NCBI GenBank assembly: GCA_963716205.1
Contig: OY970290.1
Coordinates: forward strand, 520,322-584,321
DNA from: an uncultured bacterium
GTDB taxonomy: Bacteria; Patescibacteriota; Minisyncoccia; Phycocordibacterales; GWA1-40-21
Direction: 5' to 3'
DNA length: 64,000 bases
Part shown: positions 47,698 through 57,567 of the stretch, piece by piece
How the letters are laid out: every line of letters starts with the position of its first letter
How positions within the stretch are numbered: position 1 is the first letter of the stretch
Notes under the pieces: model-generated
The model's database searches: none
Told to the model about the DNA's origin: nothing
Seen by the model: only the letters and a program-made list of their open reading frames with translations
Made by a program: the position numbers and the translations under genes

Positions 47698-48192
47698 CTA
47701 TTGTTCAGCTGTAAGACCAAGAGTATTTTCGATATAGTCTATACTCACTTTTTTCCCTTTAATCTGATTTTCAAAAGTTTCTTTGTCAATAAAGTAAACT
47801 TTAACGCCGTTTTCAATCATCGCTTGTAGACCAGAATCAAAATGAATTTTGTTGAGCGGTTTTACCTTTTCTTTCGTTGACCATTCCCTACTCCATTGTT
47901 TTGGGTCTAAAGTAAAATGTGCATCCGGTAATTCATAAATGGTGCCGCCCTTATCAAGCTCCATAAATTTTTCTTTATTAGAAATCACATAATAATAAGT
48001 TCCATTTTCATATCCCTTCGATGAATCGTTGTCATACATTCGAACCAAAAATAATGTTGCACCAGCCATATCGGGGCTTGCAAATAGTAATTCACCTTCT
48101 TCTTTCTTCCTATAACTTTTTTGTTTTGGCTCAAGTTCTTCAATATTCCTGTCAGACGAGCCGTGATAGAATTTTTCGGGTTTTCCTTCCAT
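47698..48192 (-). CDS. Hypothetical protein
   Basis: 164 aa, soluble, no recognisable motif. Confidence 0.45.
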   Translation of the reverse strand: MEGKPEKFYHGSSDRNIEELEPKQKSYRKKEEGELLFASPDMAGATLFLVRMYDNDSSKGYENGTYYYVISNKEKFMELDKGGTIYELPDAHFTLDPKQWSREWSTKEKVKPLNKIHFDSGLQAMIENGVKVYFIDKETFENQIKGKKVSIDYIENTLGLTAEQ

Positions 48193-48351
48193 ATTAAAAT
48201 TATATCAAATTTGAAAAGTATTTGCTGTCCGACTCGTGCTGGAACCGTACTCGGTCAAGGCCTGTAATGTCCGTTTGTTAGATTTTTAAGTTTTAAAACG
48301 ACGCGACTTGAGCTAGTTGAAAAAGTGACAAAAGTGACACTTTTAACAAGT

Positions 48352-48377
48352 AAAGGTTACACGTGCGTGTAACCTTT
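48352..48377. terminator. Perfect 12-bp inverted repeat (AAAGGTTACACG-TG-CGTGTAACCTTT) 11 nt after the S9 peptidase stop
   Basis: Seen directly. Probable terminator for the peptidase gene, but without a strong U-run on the minus strand. Confidence 0.5.
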
Positions 48378-48387
48378 ATTATATCTA

Positions 48388-50187
48388 TTAGTTATTTTTC
48401 AGTATCCTATCCAAAAAAGTTACAACTTTCGGATAGACATCAAGTCTGTTTTTCAGCTTCGCGATGCCATGTCCCTCGTCGTCGTATACGACAAGCTCAA
48501 CTTCTCTACCAAGCTCTTTAAGCTTTGATACCAACTGTCTTGCTTCCGATACCGGCACGCGAGGATCATTCTCCCCGTGAATGACGAACAATGGTGCTTT
48601 GATGTTTTGTATCGAATTGATTGGTGAAATTGATTCAAGGAGTGTGCGATCTTTTGCAAGCGAACCATATTCAGCTTCTCTCATCGCCCGTCTGTATGAT
48701 GATGTATTTTCAAGAAATGTAACGAGATTCACAATACCGACAGTATCAACTCCAGCTGCCCATAAATCGGGGTAGAAAGCAAGTCCCGCAAGAGTCATGT
48801 ATCCACCGTAGCTACCGCCCATAAGAGCGATTTTATTTGTGTCTAACTGCGATATTGATTTCAAATGTTCATGAAGCGATGCGATATCTTTTACAGAATC
48901 CATTCTTTTTTCAATGTCGTCGAGCGCCAAGTATTTTTTTCCGTATCCGGCGCTTCCCCTTACATTCGGCGCAACAACGGCATATCCCTGATACACAAAA
49001 TATTGAGTAAGTGATGCAAATCCTGGCGTATACTGGGATTCTGGTCCGCCGTGAATATTGATAATGACTGGAATCTTTTTATTTTGTTCAATATCTTTTG
49101 GAAGGAATAAAAAATATGGCACATTCAATTCATCGAACGATTTGAATCTGTGAAGTTCCGGATCGACAAGCTCATCCGCCGGCACTCCTTGATGACTTTG
49201 TGTAATCTGTTTTGATTTTTGATTTTCAAGAGAATATGTCCAAACATCGCTCGTGTGGCGTGCATCGCCAACACTCATTATGAGATTCTTGGAATCCTTT
49301 GAAAACCCCGCGCCATAAACCATACCTGTTTTTGGCAAATCAGTTAGTTTTACTTCGGTCATAGACGGGATATTGTAAAGAGTTAATTTACTGTATCCAT
49401 CTTCATTTACCATCACCGACAACAATTCAGAATTTCGAGATATGGAAACATTTTCAACATTCCATTCAGGCTCAAGGATATACTTTAATTCTTTTGATCC
49501 AATATCGTATTTGCATAACGTCTCAAAATCTCTGTCTTTATTTGTAATGGTATAGAACGAGGATTCATCAGATAGCCACGACATGCCAGCAAAATAGACC
49601 GGGCCTTCATGGGGCGTGATATGTTCAAGCTTTTTATCTTTCATCGACATCAAATATATATCGCAATCAAGATTCGAATTGAATTTTCGTATTCCAAAAT
49701 AACTGTTTTTCGGAGAAAAATTCGAAGCGTAACAATGTCCTCCTTTGTCATACACGCATTCGACAATACCAGTTTCCATATCGCGAATGTATACGTCAAA
49801 ATCAGTGCCATTTCTTTCATTTCCTGAATACCCGATGTACTTTCCATCTCTCGACCATCCACCGAAGTTATATTTTACTTTTGGATTGTCAGTCAATGCT
49901 TTTGTTTCTTTGGTTTCAAGCGAATATAAATAAAATTGAGTCTGCTCATTTCCTCCTTCTGATTTACCAAACAGTATCTCGTCTTTGATCGGAGAAAACA
50001 TTGAGAAAGAAACGGAATCTTCAAATGAGGTTATTTGCTCAGGATCTCCGCCGTTACTTGGAACAATATAGACTTGCGAAGTACCTGTCGTATTGCTTAT
50101 AAAGCATATTTTACTGCCGTCGTAATTAAACGATCCTCCACCGGACGATTTTACCTCAAGAAAATCTTGTATGGTGTATTTTTTCAT
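48388..50187 (-). CDS. S9 family serine peptidase (prolyl oligopeptidase / acylaminoacyl-peptidase type) with N-terminal beta-propeller
   Basis: GGSYGGYM nucleophile elbow (GxSxGG), C-terminal alpha/beta hydrolase with Asp and His (ENDPRV, GHG), propeller repeats upstream. Confidence 0.85.
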   Translation of the reverse strand: MKKYTIQDFLEVKSSGGGSFNYDGSKICFISNTTGTSQVYIVPSNGGDPEQITSFEDSVSFSMFSPIKDEILFGKSEGGNEQTQFYLYSLETKETKALTDNPKVKYNFGGWSRDGKYIGYSGNERNGTDFDVYIRDMETGIVECVYDKGGHCYASNFSPKNSYFGIRKFNSNLDCDIYLMSMKDKKLEHITPHEGPVYFAGMSWLSDESSFYTITNKDRDFETLCKYDIGSKELKYILEPEWNVENVSISRNSELLSVMVNEDGYSKLTLYNIPSMTEVKLTDLPKTGMVYGAGFSKDSKNLIMSVGDARHTSDVWTYSLENQKSKQITQSHQGVPADELVDPELHRFKSFDELNVPYFLFLPKDIEQNKKIPVIINIHGGPESQYTPGFASLTQYFVYQGYAVVAPNVRGSAGYGKKYLALDDIEKRMDSVKDIASLHEHLKSISQLDTNKIALMGGSYGGYMTLAGLAFYPDLWAAGVDTVGIVNLVTFLENTSSYRRAMREAEYGSLAKDRTLLESISPINSIQNIKAPLFVIHGENDPRVPVSEARQLVSKLKELGREVELVVYDDEGHGIAKLKNRLDVYPKVVTFLDRILKNN

Positions 50188-50230
50188 TAAAAGTCAGTTT
50201 ATCACATTACGTGAAATTTATAAAAAATAA

Positions 50231-50260
50231 AATGGGGGATCTTAAGTTTCCCCCATTTTT
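50231..50260. terminator. Hairpin terminator (ATGGGGGA...TCCCCCAT flanked by A/T runs) downstream of the ABC exporter and small ORF
   Basis: 8-bp GC stem, T-runs on both sides (bidirectional). Confidence 0.7.
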
Positions 50261-50281
50261 GCTGCGCCAACGGCCGAAGGC

Positions 50282-50374
50282 CTATTGGTCCGGTATTGCC
50301 GGATTGTTCCCTTGTTCGGTTGAAGCTTCGTCATCGATTGACGTATCTTCGTCATCTGGGCCTAGATAAGGCAT
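50282..50374 (-). CDS. Small acidic ORF (30 aa) with a strong Shine-Dalgarno, not in the ORF track
   Basis: AAGGGGGT then a 9-nt spacer before ATG 50374. Encodes MPYLGPDDEDTSIDDEASTEQGNNPAIPDQ. Lies between the ABC exporter stop and the terminator. Confidence 0.3.
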   Translation of the reverse strand: MPYLGPDDEDTSIDDEASTEQGNNPAIPDQ

Positions 50375-50483
50375 GAGCGTTTACCCCCTTCCATAAAATG
50401 AACTGCACTATAATGTTAACAAACGTAGTGAATTTGTCAAAAACAGATTATTGATTTCTCCAGATAGAGGAATCAATGGATAC

Positions 50484-52274
50484 TTATTCATGCAGTCCGA
50501 TCTGATATTCGTACAATTTTCTGTACACTCCGTTTTCTTTCTGAATCAGTTCATTATGCGTGCCAACTTCGACTATTTTACCTTTTTCAAATACAAGAAT
50601 TTTATTTGCTTTTCGCACCGTTGAAAGGCGGTGAGCAATAATCAGTGTCGTGCGATTATGCATTAATTTTTCCAATTCCGTCGTAACAATTTTTTCCGTT
50701 TGAGAATCAAGCGCGCTTGTTGGTTCATCTAGAATAAGGATTGATGGATTTCTCAATATGGCACGTGCAATTGCTACGCGTTGTTTTTGTCCAACCGATA
50801 ATTTAATGCCACGCTCGCCTACTAAGCTATCGTATCCTTTTGGTAGTGTCCGTATAAATTCATCAATATGAGCTTCCTTTGCAGCTTTGAAAATATCTTC
50901 GTCCGAAGCGTTGAAAGATCCATAGGCAATATTTGTTTTTATGGAATCATTAAACAAAGCGACTTCTTGCGGCACAACCGCGATGTGTTTTCTGAGATTG
51001 GATAAATTCCATTTTCTCGTATCTATGCCATCAACTAATACTTCTCCTTGCGATGGGAAATAATAGCCGGAGATAAGGGAAATGGTGGTGCTTTTGCCAA
51101 CGCCCGATTCGCCGACAAATGCGACAATCTCACCCGCTTTTATTGTAAAATCAATATCGGTCAAAACACTCGGCTGATTTTCTCCATAGTTGAAGTACAC
51201 ATGTTTGAAATCAATATTTCCTGCCACCTGCTCCTGACTGACTGAACCGCTTGGATTGTAAACCTCCTCTTTTTTGTCGAATATTTCTTCTGCATGCGCC
51301 GCAGTCGTAATTCCGTTTTGGATTGTTTGCCATTGATATCCAAGAGCAACAAAAGGACCGAAAAACATGAGTGCATATCCGTTGAGTGCTATCAGTTGAC
51401 CGATGCTCATTGCAGAGGTTGCAACCAAATGTATCGAAAGACTGAAAATGGCTAATTGCGTGAGAAATACGATACTGCGCTGAAAGAAACCAACATTGCT
51501 CCATGTTATTTCAACTTTGCTCCACATATTCATGACGTCCTTCAAAAAACCGGTTTTCACTCTTTCCGTTTCATACTCTTCAGCGACAGCTTGTTTGAGA
51601 CTTTCGACTTGTTGCACTGCCTGCGCCGCGTCATCCCAGCTATCGCTCCACTTGTGACGTGCAGCGGAATCAATCGCCGCTATCGGTCTGAGGATTTTGA
51701 TCAATGAAAGAATATACAATGCCACGCCAGCAACCAAAACCCACGCCATCATTTTATTGATGGTCATCGCAAGCACAAAACCAATGATAATACTCAAAAA
51801 CTGCGGCATGAGAGTAACAATTGAATTAATAATTGCCGAGATTCTCCATCCTGCACTGCCTAATTTCTGTATATCTCCATTTAAATGAGCGTTCTTGTGA
51901 TATGTAATGGGAAGTTTGAATAAGTGAATGAGACCGCTGCTCTCAACATTAAGTTGTATGCCGAGCTTTACTTTTCGTCCTATTCGATCACTTATCCAAT
52001 CAATGTTGTTTGCAACAAGCTGAACGATAGTCCATGCGATAAGCAAAAAAAGCCAGAGTGGCAGACCGGCTTGGAGAGCTGATTTGTGCTCGGATACACT
52101 TACCAGTGCATCAAAAAATTTACCGGTGACAAAAGGAACAAAACCGTTTGCGATTGCGGAAATGATGCCGAGAACAAAAAGTGCTACCAGTGTGCCTTTA
52201 AATGGTTTGGCATGACGCCAGATCGCTTTTGCACCAGTTTTGAGTTCCTTGTCAGAAATAGTCTTGTCTTCCAT
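50484..52274 (-). CDS. ABC transporter, fused permease/ATP-binding exporter (type I half-transporter, MsbA/peptide-exporter-like)
   Basis: Six-TM domain, then Walker A GESGVGKST, signature LSVGQKQR, Walker B ILILDE. Confidence 0.85.
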   Translation of the reverse strand: MEDKTISDKELKTGAKAIWRHAKPFKGTLVALFVLGIISAIANGFVPFVTGKFFDALVSVSEHKSALQAGLPLWLFLLIAWTIVQLVANNIDWISDRIGRKVKLGIQLNVESSGLIHLFKLPITYHKNAHLNGDIQKLGSAGWRISAIINSIVTLMPQFLSIIIGFVLAMTINKMMAWVLVAGVALYILSLIKILRPIAAIDSAARHKWSDSWDDAAQAVQQVESLKQAVAEEYETERVKTGFLKDVMNMWSKVEITWSNVGFFQRSIVFLTQLAIFSLSIHLVATSAMSIGQLIALNGYALMFFGPFVALGYQWQTIQNGITTAAHAEEIFDKKEEVYNPSGSVSQEQVAGNIDFKHVYFNYGENQPSVLTDIDFTIKAGEIVAFVGESGVGKSTTISLISGYYFPSQGEVLVDGIDTRKWNLSNLRKHIAVVPQEVALFNDSIKTNIAYGSFNASDEDIFKAAKEAHIDEFIRTLPKGYDSLVGERGIKLSVGQKQRVAIARAILRNPSILILDEPTSALDSQTEKIVTTELEKLMHNRTTLIIAHRLSTVRKANKILVFEKGKIVEVGTHNELIQKENGVYRKLYEYQIGLHE

Positions 52275-52482
52275 ACAGGAAAAAGAATAGCATGAAATTA
52301 TAAATATGAATAATCAAAACAGACCCTGACTTTCTCTAGGCAGTGAAGCAGACTAAGTTTGATTAAAATGATCGCTATTCGTTTAAGTCAAGGAGTTGTG
52401 TTAGTCCAGCAGTTTGACAATTACTCACAAAAAATATATAAATCAACTCAGTTGGTTCTTAAAAATTCTAGGGGGTGATCCA

Positions 52483-52749
52483 ATGATACTCTTTTCTCTT
52501 TTGTGCAGCTTGCTGCAAATCGCAGGTACGATTACAATGGTAGTCTGCTGTTTAACTGGCACTACCGGTGTTAAATTACAACCCGACCTTATTCTTTTTG
52601 TCATGGTTTGCGGCATTGCAGCGCCACTCAAGTTGCTTTACAAGAAAAATCGGGAGCAACCATTAAACTGGGCTGCCGCAGTCTGCGGATCCATGATAGC
52701 TGTTGTATTGTTCCTGATGTTTGTGAAGGTCATCAACCCGGCAAGTTAA
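52483..52749 (+). CDS. Small membrane protein (3 TM), divergent from the ABC exporter
   Basis: RBS GGGGGTGA 4 nt before ATG 52483. 88 aa, hydrophobic. Confidence 0.4.
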   Translation: MILFSLLCSLLQIAGTITMVVCCLTGTTGVKLQPDLILFVMVCGIAAPLKLLYKKNREQPLNWAAAVCGSMIAVVLFLMFVKVINPAS

Positions 52750-52838
52750 AAGGAAACTTAATCAGAAAAATAAGCCTCTGTAGAAATACGGAGGCTTTTT
52801 TATTACGTAAAACACTCTGTCAAAGGAAGTAGAAATTA

Positions 52839-53342
52839 TTAATTTAAATATTGTTTTGCCTCAGTTAAAAATGTTAAATCTCTTTGCTTGATGTACGGAT
52901 TACCGGTTGTACCGTCTACGTTACTTTTAAGAGCATTTATTGCATCTTCATAGGATAACCATACAGGTTCGAATCCATCATTAATCTCTTTTTCAGTAAA
53001 ATTCGGTGTACCTTTTTGACCAACTACTTTTGCCAAATAACAATATGAAATCTGTTTGAGATGAATAGCTTTATTATATTCTGTAATGATACCGATTTCA
53101 TTGACAACTTCTATGTTACACCCGATCTCTTCCTTACATTCTCTTTTGAGGGCAAGCGCTCTATCTTCCTCACTTTCTATACCACCACCCGGTAATTTAT
53201 AAAAGTTACGTTTTGTAACATGAAGTAAAGCAATCATTCCATCATCATCAAAAACAACCGCTCTAGATGCTTCACGTAAGCGGAAACCATTTGCTTCACT
53301 GTCAGGAATATTCTCGGGATTTAATAATAAAAGATTTTTCAT
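52839..53342 (-). CDS. NUDIX hydrolase
   Basis: Start re-placed at ATG 53342. Nudix box GGGIESEEDRALALKRECKEEIG. Confidence 0.7.
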   Translation of the reverse strand: MKNLLLLNPENIPDSEANGFRLREASRAVVFDDDGMIALLHVTKRNFYKLPGGGIESEEDRALALKRECKEEIGCNIEVVNEIGIITEYNKAIHLKQISYCYLAKVVGQKGTPNFTEKEINDGFEPVWLSYEDAINALKSNVDGTTGNPYIKQRDLTFLTEAKQYLN

Positions 53343-53346
53343 ATTT

Positions 53347-53838
53347 TTATTCTTTTCCCGAAATAAAAAGTTTCTTGCACTCTTCTCGAAGAACCCCTTC
53401 GACTGCTTGTACTTGCGGTTTTCTCCCTTTGGCAAATATCTCCCGTGCCGGGATATCTATAGTCAGCCATGTATAGTTTTCATTACCGTGTGCTTGTCTA
53501 AATGCAGCCATATCTGCGATTTTTGCACCGATTACGACACCTTCAAGTCGTGCCCATACGCAAGCAGATGCACACATAGGACATGGTTCATGTGTTGTAT
53601 AAAGTATACAACCATACAAATGGCGGGTACCAAGCTTTTTAGCCGCTTTTCTGATAGCAGCAACTTCAGCATGTTGAGTGGGATCGTTATCAGTTTTTGC
53701 ACGATTGGGAGATTTAGCAATTATTTTCCCATCTTTTACAATAACAGCTCCAATAGGATAGTCGCCAACTTTTTTGTTTTTGTTTGCCTCTGCAATGGCA
53801 ACTCGCATAAATTTTTCCTCAACGTGAATTGTTTTCAT
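53347..53838 (-). CDS. CMP/dCMP-type zinc deaminase (tRNA adenosine deaminase TadA-like or guanine deaminase-like)
   Basis: HAEVAAIRKA (H-A-E) and PCPMCASA zinc-binding motifs. Confidence 0.75.
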   Translation of the reverse strand: MKTIHVEEKFMRVAIAEANKNKKVGDYPIGAVIVKDGKIIAKSPNRAKTDNDPTQHAEVAAIRKAAKKLGTRHLYGCILYTTHEPCPMCASACVWARLEGVVIGAKIADMAAFRQAHGNENYTWLTIDIPAREIFAKGRKPQVQAVEGVLREECKKLFISGKE

Positions 53839-53839
53839 A

Positions 53840-54406
53840 TTATTTCATCATCTTATCTAACGCTTCCAAACATTGCGGAAGTGAAGTCCAACCGGCTGAT
53901 CCGTTCAGGTGTCCTCCATTTTTGATAATAATGAGTTCCCCATTCAATTCTTTTGACAGAGTCGTCGCATTGCTAACCGGAACCACGGGATCATTATCGC
54001 CATGAATAATCGAGAATTTCTTTGTCTTTGATTTAATCGTTTGATAGTCAAAACCATTTTTCAAGAAGTCTTCTATTTGCTTATCTTCGTTTTCTTCATT
54101 TAATACGCAGCGGCCGGAGGCTAAAACAACTCCTACAATATTCAACGTTTTCGGCGAAGATTCCAAATATCGCAAAATAGCTGGAACACCGAGACTGTGA
54201 CCGACTAAGTAGATTTCATCATCCGTATTTTTTTCCACATTTCTTGCTATTTCTTCTACCCACTCACTGCAAACTGGTTTCTCCGGACTTGGCATGGAAA
54301 GCGCACACGCGTAGATATCCTTTTTATCCAATTCAGCCATAAGCCATGGTCGCCAACCGCCGTTCGGACGACTTCCGTATCCGTGAATGATAAAAACTTT
54401 TTTCAT
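53840..54406 (-). CDS. Alpha/beta hydrolase (RBBP9/YdeN-like serine hydrolase)
   Basis: GHSLGV nucleophile motif. 188 aa. Confidence 0.65.
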   Translation of the reverse strand: MKKVFIIHGYGSRPNGGWRPWLMAELDKKDIYACALSMPSPEKPVCSEWVEEIARNVEKNTDDEIYLVGHSLGVPAILRYLESSPKTLNIVGVVLASGRCVLNEENEDKQIEDFLKNGFDYQTIKSKTKKFSIIHGDNDPVVPVSNATTLSKELNGELIIIKNGGHLNGSAGWTSLPQCLEALDKMMK

Positions 54407-54726
54407 ATATTTTCTAAAGAATAAACATCTAAAGCTACTTCTTCATACGGGTGCACTTTTTTAATTGCACTAATAACATCCTGTAATTTTTCTTGTGAGC
54501 ATACTGTTTCAATCCGTTCCTCAACAACTTCTTCGACTTTTCCAATCTTGCCGATATGAGGTTTAGCCCCCTGTTCTGGTTTGAACCTACCAATACCTTT
54601 TGTCGAAAATGTACAGTGAGTGTAATTGCCGATAACACCGGCACCAGCCGTTGCCATTGCTTCACGGACTACATCAGTATGTGTTTCGGGAACAAAGACA
54701 ACAATTTTTACATTTTTACTTTGCAT
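54403..54726 (-). CDS. Stand-alone NIF3 PII-like insertion-domain protein (DUF34-related)
   Basis: Start placed at ATG 54726. KIVVFVPETHTDVVREAMATAGAGVIGNYTHCTFSTKGIGRFKPEQGAKP...HPYEEVALDV matches the NIF3 (YqfO) inserted domain. Confidence 0.5.
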   Translation of the reverse strand: MQSKNVKIVVFVPETHTDVVREAMATAGAGVIGNYTHCTFSTKGIGRFKPEQGAKPHIGKIGKVEEVVEERIETVCSQEKLQDVISAIKKVHPYEEVALDVYSLENI

Positions 54727-54730
54727 GTTT

Positions 54731-55393
54731 TTACCAATTTCTCTCTTTTCCTTCAAGCCAGAATTTTCCCGTTTCGACTTTTGATATGGCGAGGTTGTAA
54801 ATATCTTCGGCTGCATCTTTTGGATCGCGCGGTGCCTCGTCTCCTCCCATGTCGGTTTTCACCCATCCCGGATCGAGAGCCGAAACGATAATGCCTTGTG
54901 GTTTTAACTGCCTGCCCATCGTTCTTGTAAACATGTTAATAGCGGTCTTTGAAATCTTATATGCTGGAACATAGAAAGAAGCTTCTATCGGATCTATCAA
55001 TGATGATGCCATTGAGGAGATATTAATAATATGACTCGGATTGTTTAGCAAAGGTAAAATTTGAATCGTAAAATCCGCCGTACCCACGACATTCACTTCA
55101 AGTGTTGTTCGCAGATCGTTTGCGTCAAGATCGGCGTCAATATCGTCAAGTGCAATGGCAGCCCCATTTACCAGAACATCGATTTTTTTGTTTAATTTTT
55201 TTATCTGTTTGATTGCCTCTTTAATTGTCTCTGATTTAAGATAATCCGCTCGGACGGGAACGAAATTCTTATCGGCAATATTTATTTTTCCCATCGTCGA
55301 CGTACCGATGACAAACCACCCTTCTTTCAAGAATTTTTTGGCCGTTGCCATTCCAATGCCGCGACTTGCCCCGGTGATAATGACTGTTTTCAT
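54731..55393 (-). CDS. Short-chain dehydrogenase/reductase (SDR)
   Basis: TGASRGIG cofactor motif and YxxxK catalytic motif (YVPAYKISK). Confidence 0.8.
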   Translation of the reverse strand: MKTVIITGASRGIGMATAKKFLKEGWFVIGTSTMGKINIADKNFVPVRADYLKSETIKEAIKQIKKLNKKIDVLVNGAAIALDDIDADLDANDLRTTLEVNVVGTADFTIQILPLLNNPSHIINISSMASSLIDPIEASFYVPAYKISKTAINMFTRTMGRQLKPQGIIVSALDPGWVKTDMGGDEAPRDPKDAAEDIYNLAISKVETGKFWLEGKERNW

Positions 55394-55553
55394 GGAACGA
55401 TTTTAACATAAAATCAATAAAATATATTCTGAGCTTCCTATCCAGCAAAACGGAAATTGACAATACTGAATTAGCGTGATAATGTTCTTACGAGTTGTTG
55501 CCAGCGGATCTTTTCAAAGAATCCGTCTGAGTTTGAAAATTTGGAGGAAAGAA

Positions 55554-55805
55554 ATGATGCAAATACTTCTTATTTCTCTGGGAATAATTGTTCTCGTTGT
55601 TTTGGCTTTTGTTCTTCTTCCTACGTCAAAATCAAGGGAGTGTCCGAACTGCAATAGTCATACGTTGAGCCCTTTTTGCTCAACCTGCGGCAGTAAGACT
55701 GTACGAGTTCAGTGTTGCTGGAAGTGCTGGGGAGAGGTTTTTAAGCAAGATCATTACTGCAAAGGATGCGGCCTTTCACGGAAGGAGGCTCTTAACCTAG
55801 AGTGA
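55554..55805 (+). CDS. Small zinc-ribbon membrane protein
   Basis: RBS GGAGGAAAG before ATG 55554. One TM, then CPNCNSH...CSTCGSK...CCWKCWG...CKGCG (four Cys pairs). Confidence 0.5.
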   Translation: MMQILLISLGIIVLVVLAFVLLPTSKSRECPNCNSHTLSPFCSTCGSKTVRVQCCWKCWGEVFKQDHYCKGCGLSRKEALNLE

Positions 55806-55874
55806 GCGTCTGGTCTCGATTTAAGACTAAATGTAGTGATCCCTGAAAAAAGCTAAATCCTCCGTGTTGTCTTC

Positions 55875-55908
55875 AGCCTCGTTCCGATTTATCGGAACGA
55901 GGCTTTTT
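55875..55908. terminator. Rho-independent terminator
   Basis: AGCCTCGTTCCGAT-TTAT-CGGAACGAGGCT followed by TTTTT. Confidence 0.8.
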
Positions 55909-55930
55909 ATTATTCTAAAAAGATAAGTGT

Positions 55931-56640
55931 TTAAAGGAACAACAAATCCCTATCAATCTCATCCGAATCCGTTCCCTTCTCCTTGTGCCCCATGGCTTTG
56001 TGAGTAGAAGCCAGATACACGACGTTTTTTCCGAATTTCTCTTCAAGAGAATCAATACGCTCGTGAATCAGTTTGAATTTGTCCGATTGATTGCTGTTAC
56101 CGAACAGGTCTTTCTGCGAAACGGAATCAGGAATGAGATCTTCGAGGATCACTCCCGTCGTGCGATATGGAACACCTTTTGTATGTACTGTCTTGAAGCG
56201 TTCTCGGATCAAGGGAATGAGTATCTCAGGAGAATTTGTCGGTGAAGGAAGCATGACAGAGCAAGTTGAATACTTGAAACCGCTCGTTTTGAGGAAGAAT
56301 GAAAATTTCTTGGCGGCAAGTTTATAATGTCTTGCCTTTCTGCAAGCTTCCTCCGCATGTTTGGAAAGCTGGGAGAGGAGAAAGTCTATATCGTTTGTCG
56401 CTGGATGGAATGTTCTCGTTTTCTGGATAGATGAATAGCTAGTCTTCGGATTTGAATCGATTTCCATGACGGAAACTCCGTTGAGTTCCTGCCACATGGT
56501 CTCATATGGTTTGGAAAGATTCTCCCTGATCCAATCAATGTTCTTTTGCGCCAGATTGAGTGCGGTATAAATCTTCTTGTCTTTCAGATACTCCGCAGTC
56601 CTTGGCCCCTCACCGAATGAAAAGTTTTTGTTGATGATTT
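55931..56640 (-). pseudogene. Y-family DNA polymerase (UmuC/DinB-like) C-terminal fragment: little-finger region plus DUF4113-like tail only
   Basis: Matches only the C-terminal third of UmuC/DinB (…SGFKYSTCSVMLPSPTNSPEILIPLIRERF…IDSLEEKFGKNVVYLAS). No palm/fingers catalytic domain. The 5' part of track ORF 55931..56767 is non-coding-looking and overlaps the recombinase fragment. Confidence 0.45.
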
Positions 56641-57542
56641 TGTGTTCGCAGGCGAAACTGGAAAACGATAACAAAAGCGTAAACGTAAAACGCGGACTTC
56701 GCACTCGTTGCGAAATGGGACTGCGTCCCGGTCCCGCGGTCGTTGGATATTTGAATGAACGGCACATGGATCGAAAGTGTCAGGTTATCATTGATCCCGA
56801 GCGCGGTCCGATCATCAAGAAAATCTTTGAGAAAGTGGCATATGAAAAGTGGAGTGGTCACAAGATATATAACTGGCTGAAGTTTGAAATCAATTTCAAG
56901 AGCGTAACAGGCAATAAAGGGTTAACCCTCGGTAACATCTATCAAATACTGGAAAATCCGTTCTACTACGGCGTATTCGAATATCCCGTCAAAAGTGGAA
57001 AATGGTATACTGGCAAACATACCCCTCTCATCACCAAAGAACTCTACGATCAGGTGCAAAAGCAGGTCAAAAGCAATATTTTGAAGGTGGAGAATAAAGA
57101 ATTTGCCTTTACAAAATTAATGACTTGCGGACTATGCAGTTCAGGCATTACAGCAGATGAAAAGTTCAAGAAATTGAAAGATGGCACCTTTAATCGGCAT
57201 GTTTACTATGGCTGTACCAAAGTGAGAGATCGGAATTGCAAGTGCGGATATATCACCGAGGAAGAGCTTGTCAAACAGCTTGAAGTTTTCATTGAAAAAA
57301 TTGATCTGAATGAAATTGGCATCAAGGATACGATCAAACATGAAGTCGAACGAATCAAAAAATTCATGCGGGTCATGTTCAATCAAAATGAAACGATTGA
57401 AGCCAAAGATATCGACATTCGCAATTACGTGAAATTCATTTTGAGAGACGGCACGAATCTGGAAAAACGGGAGTTGCTCGGATGTTTGAAAAGTAGGATC
57501 AGTTTGAAGGATAAGGTAATATTTTTAACGGAAGAAAAATAA
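56577..57542 (+). pseudogene. Large serine recombinase remnant (recombinase domain + zinc ribbon + coiled coil) lacking the catalytic domain
   Basis: GYLNERHMDRK...PIIKKIFE recombinase-domain block. Zn-ribbon CGLCSS...YYGCTKVRDRNCKCG. No resolvase catalytic Ser domain. Confidence 0.55.
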
Positions 57543-57567
57543 TTTGTTTGATCACCTTATTTTTTAT

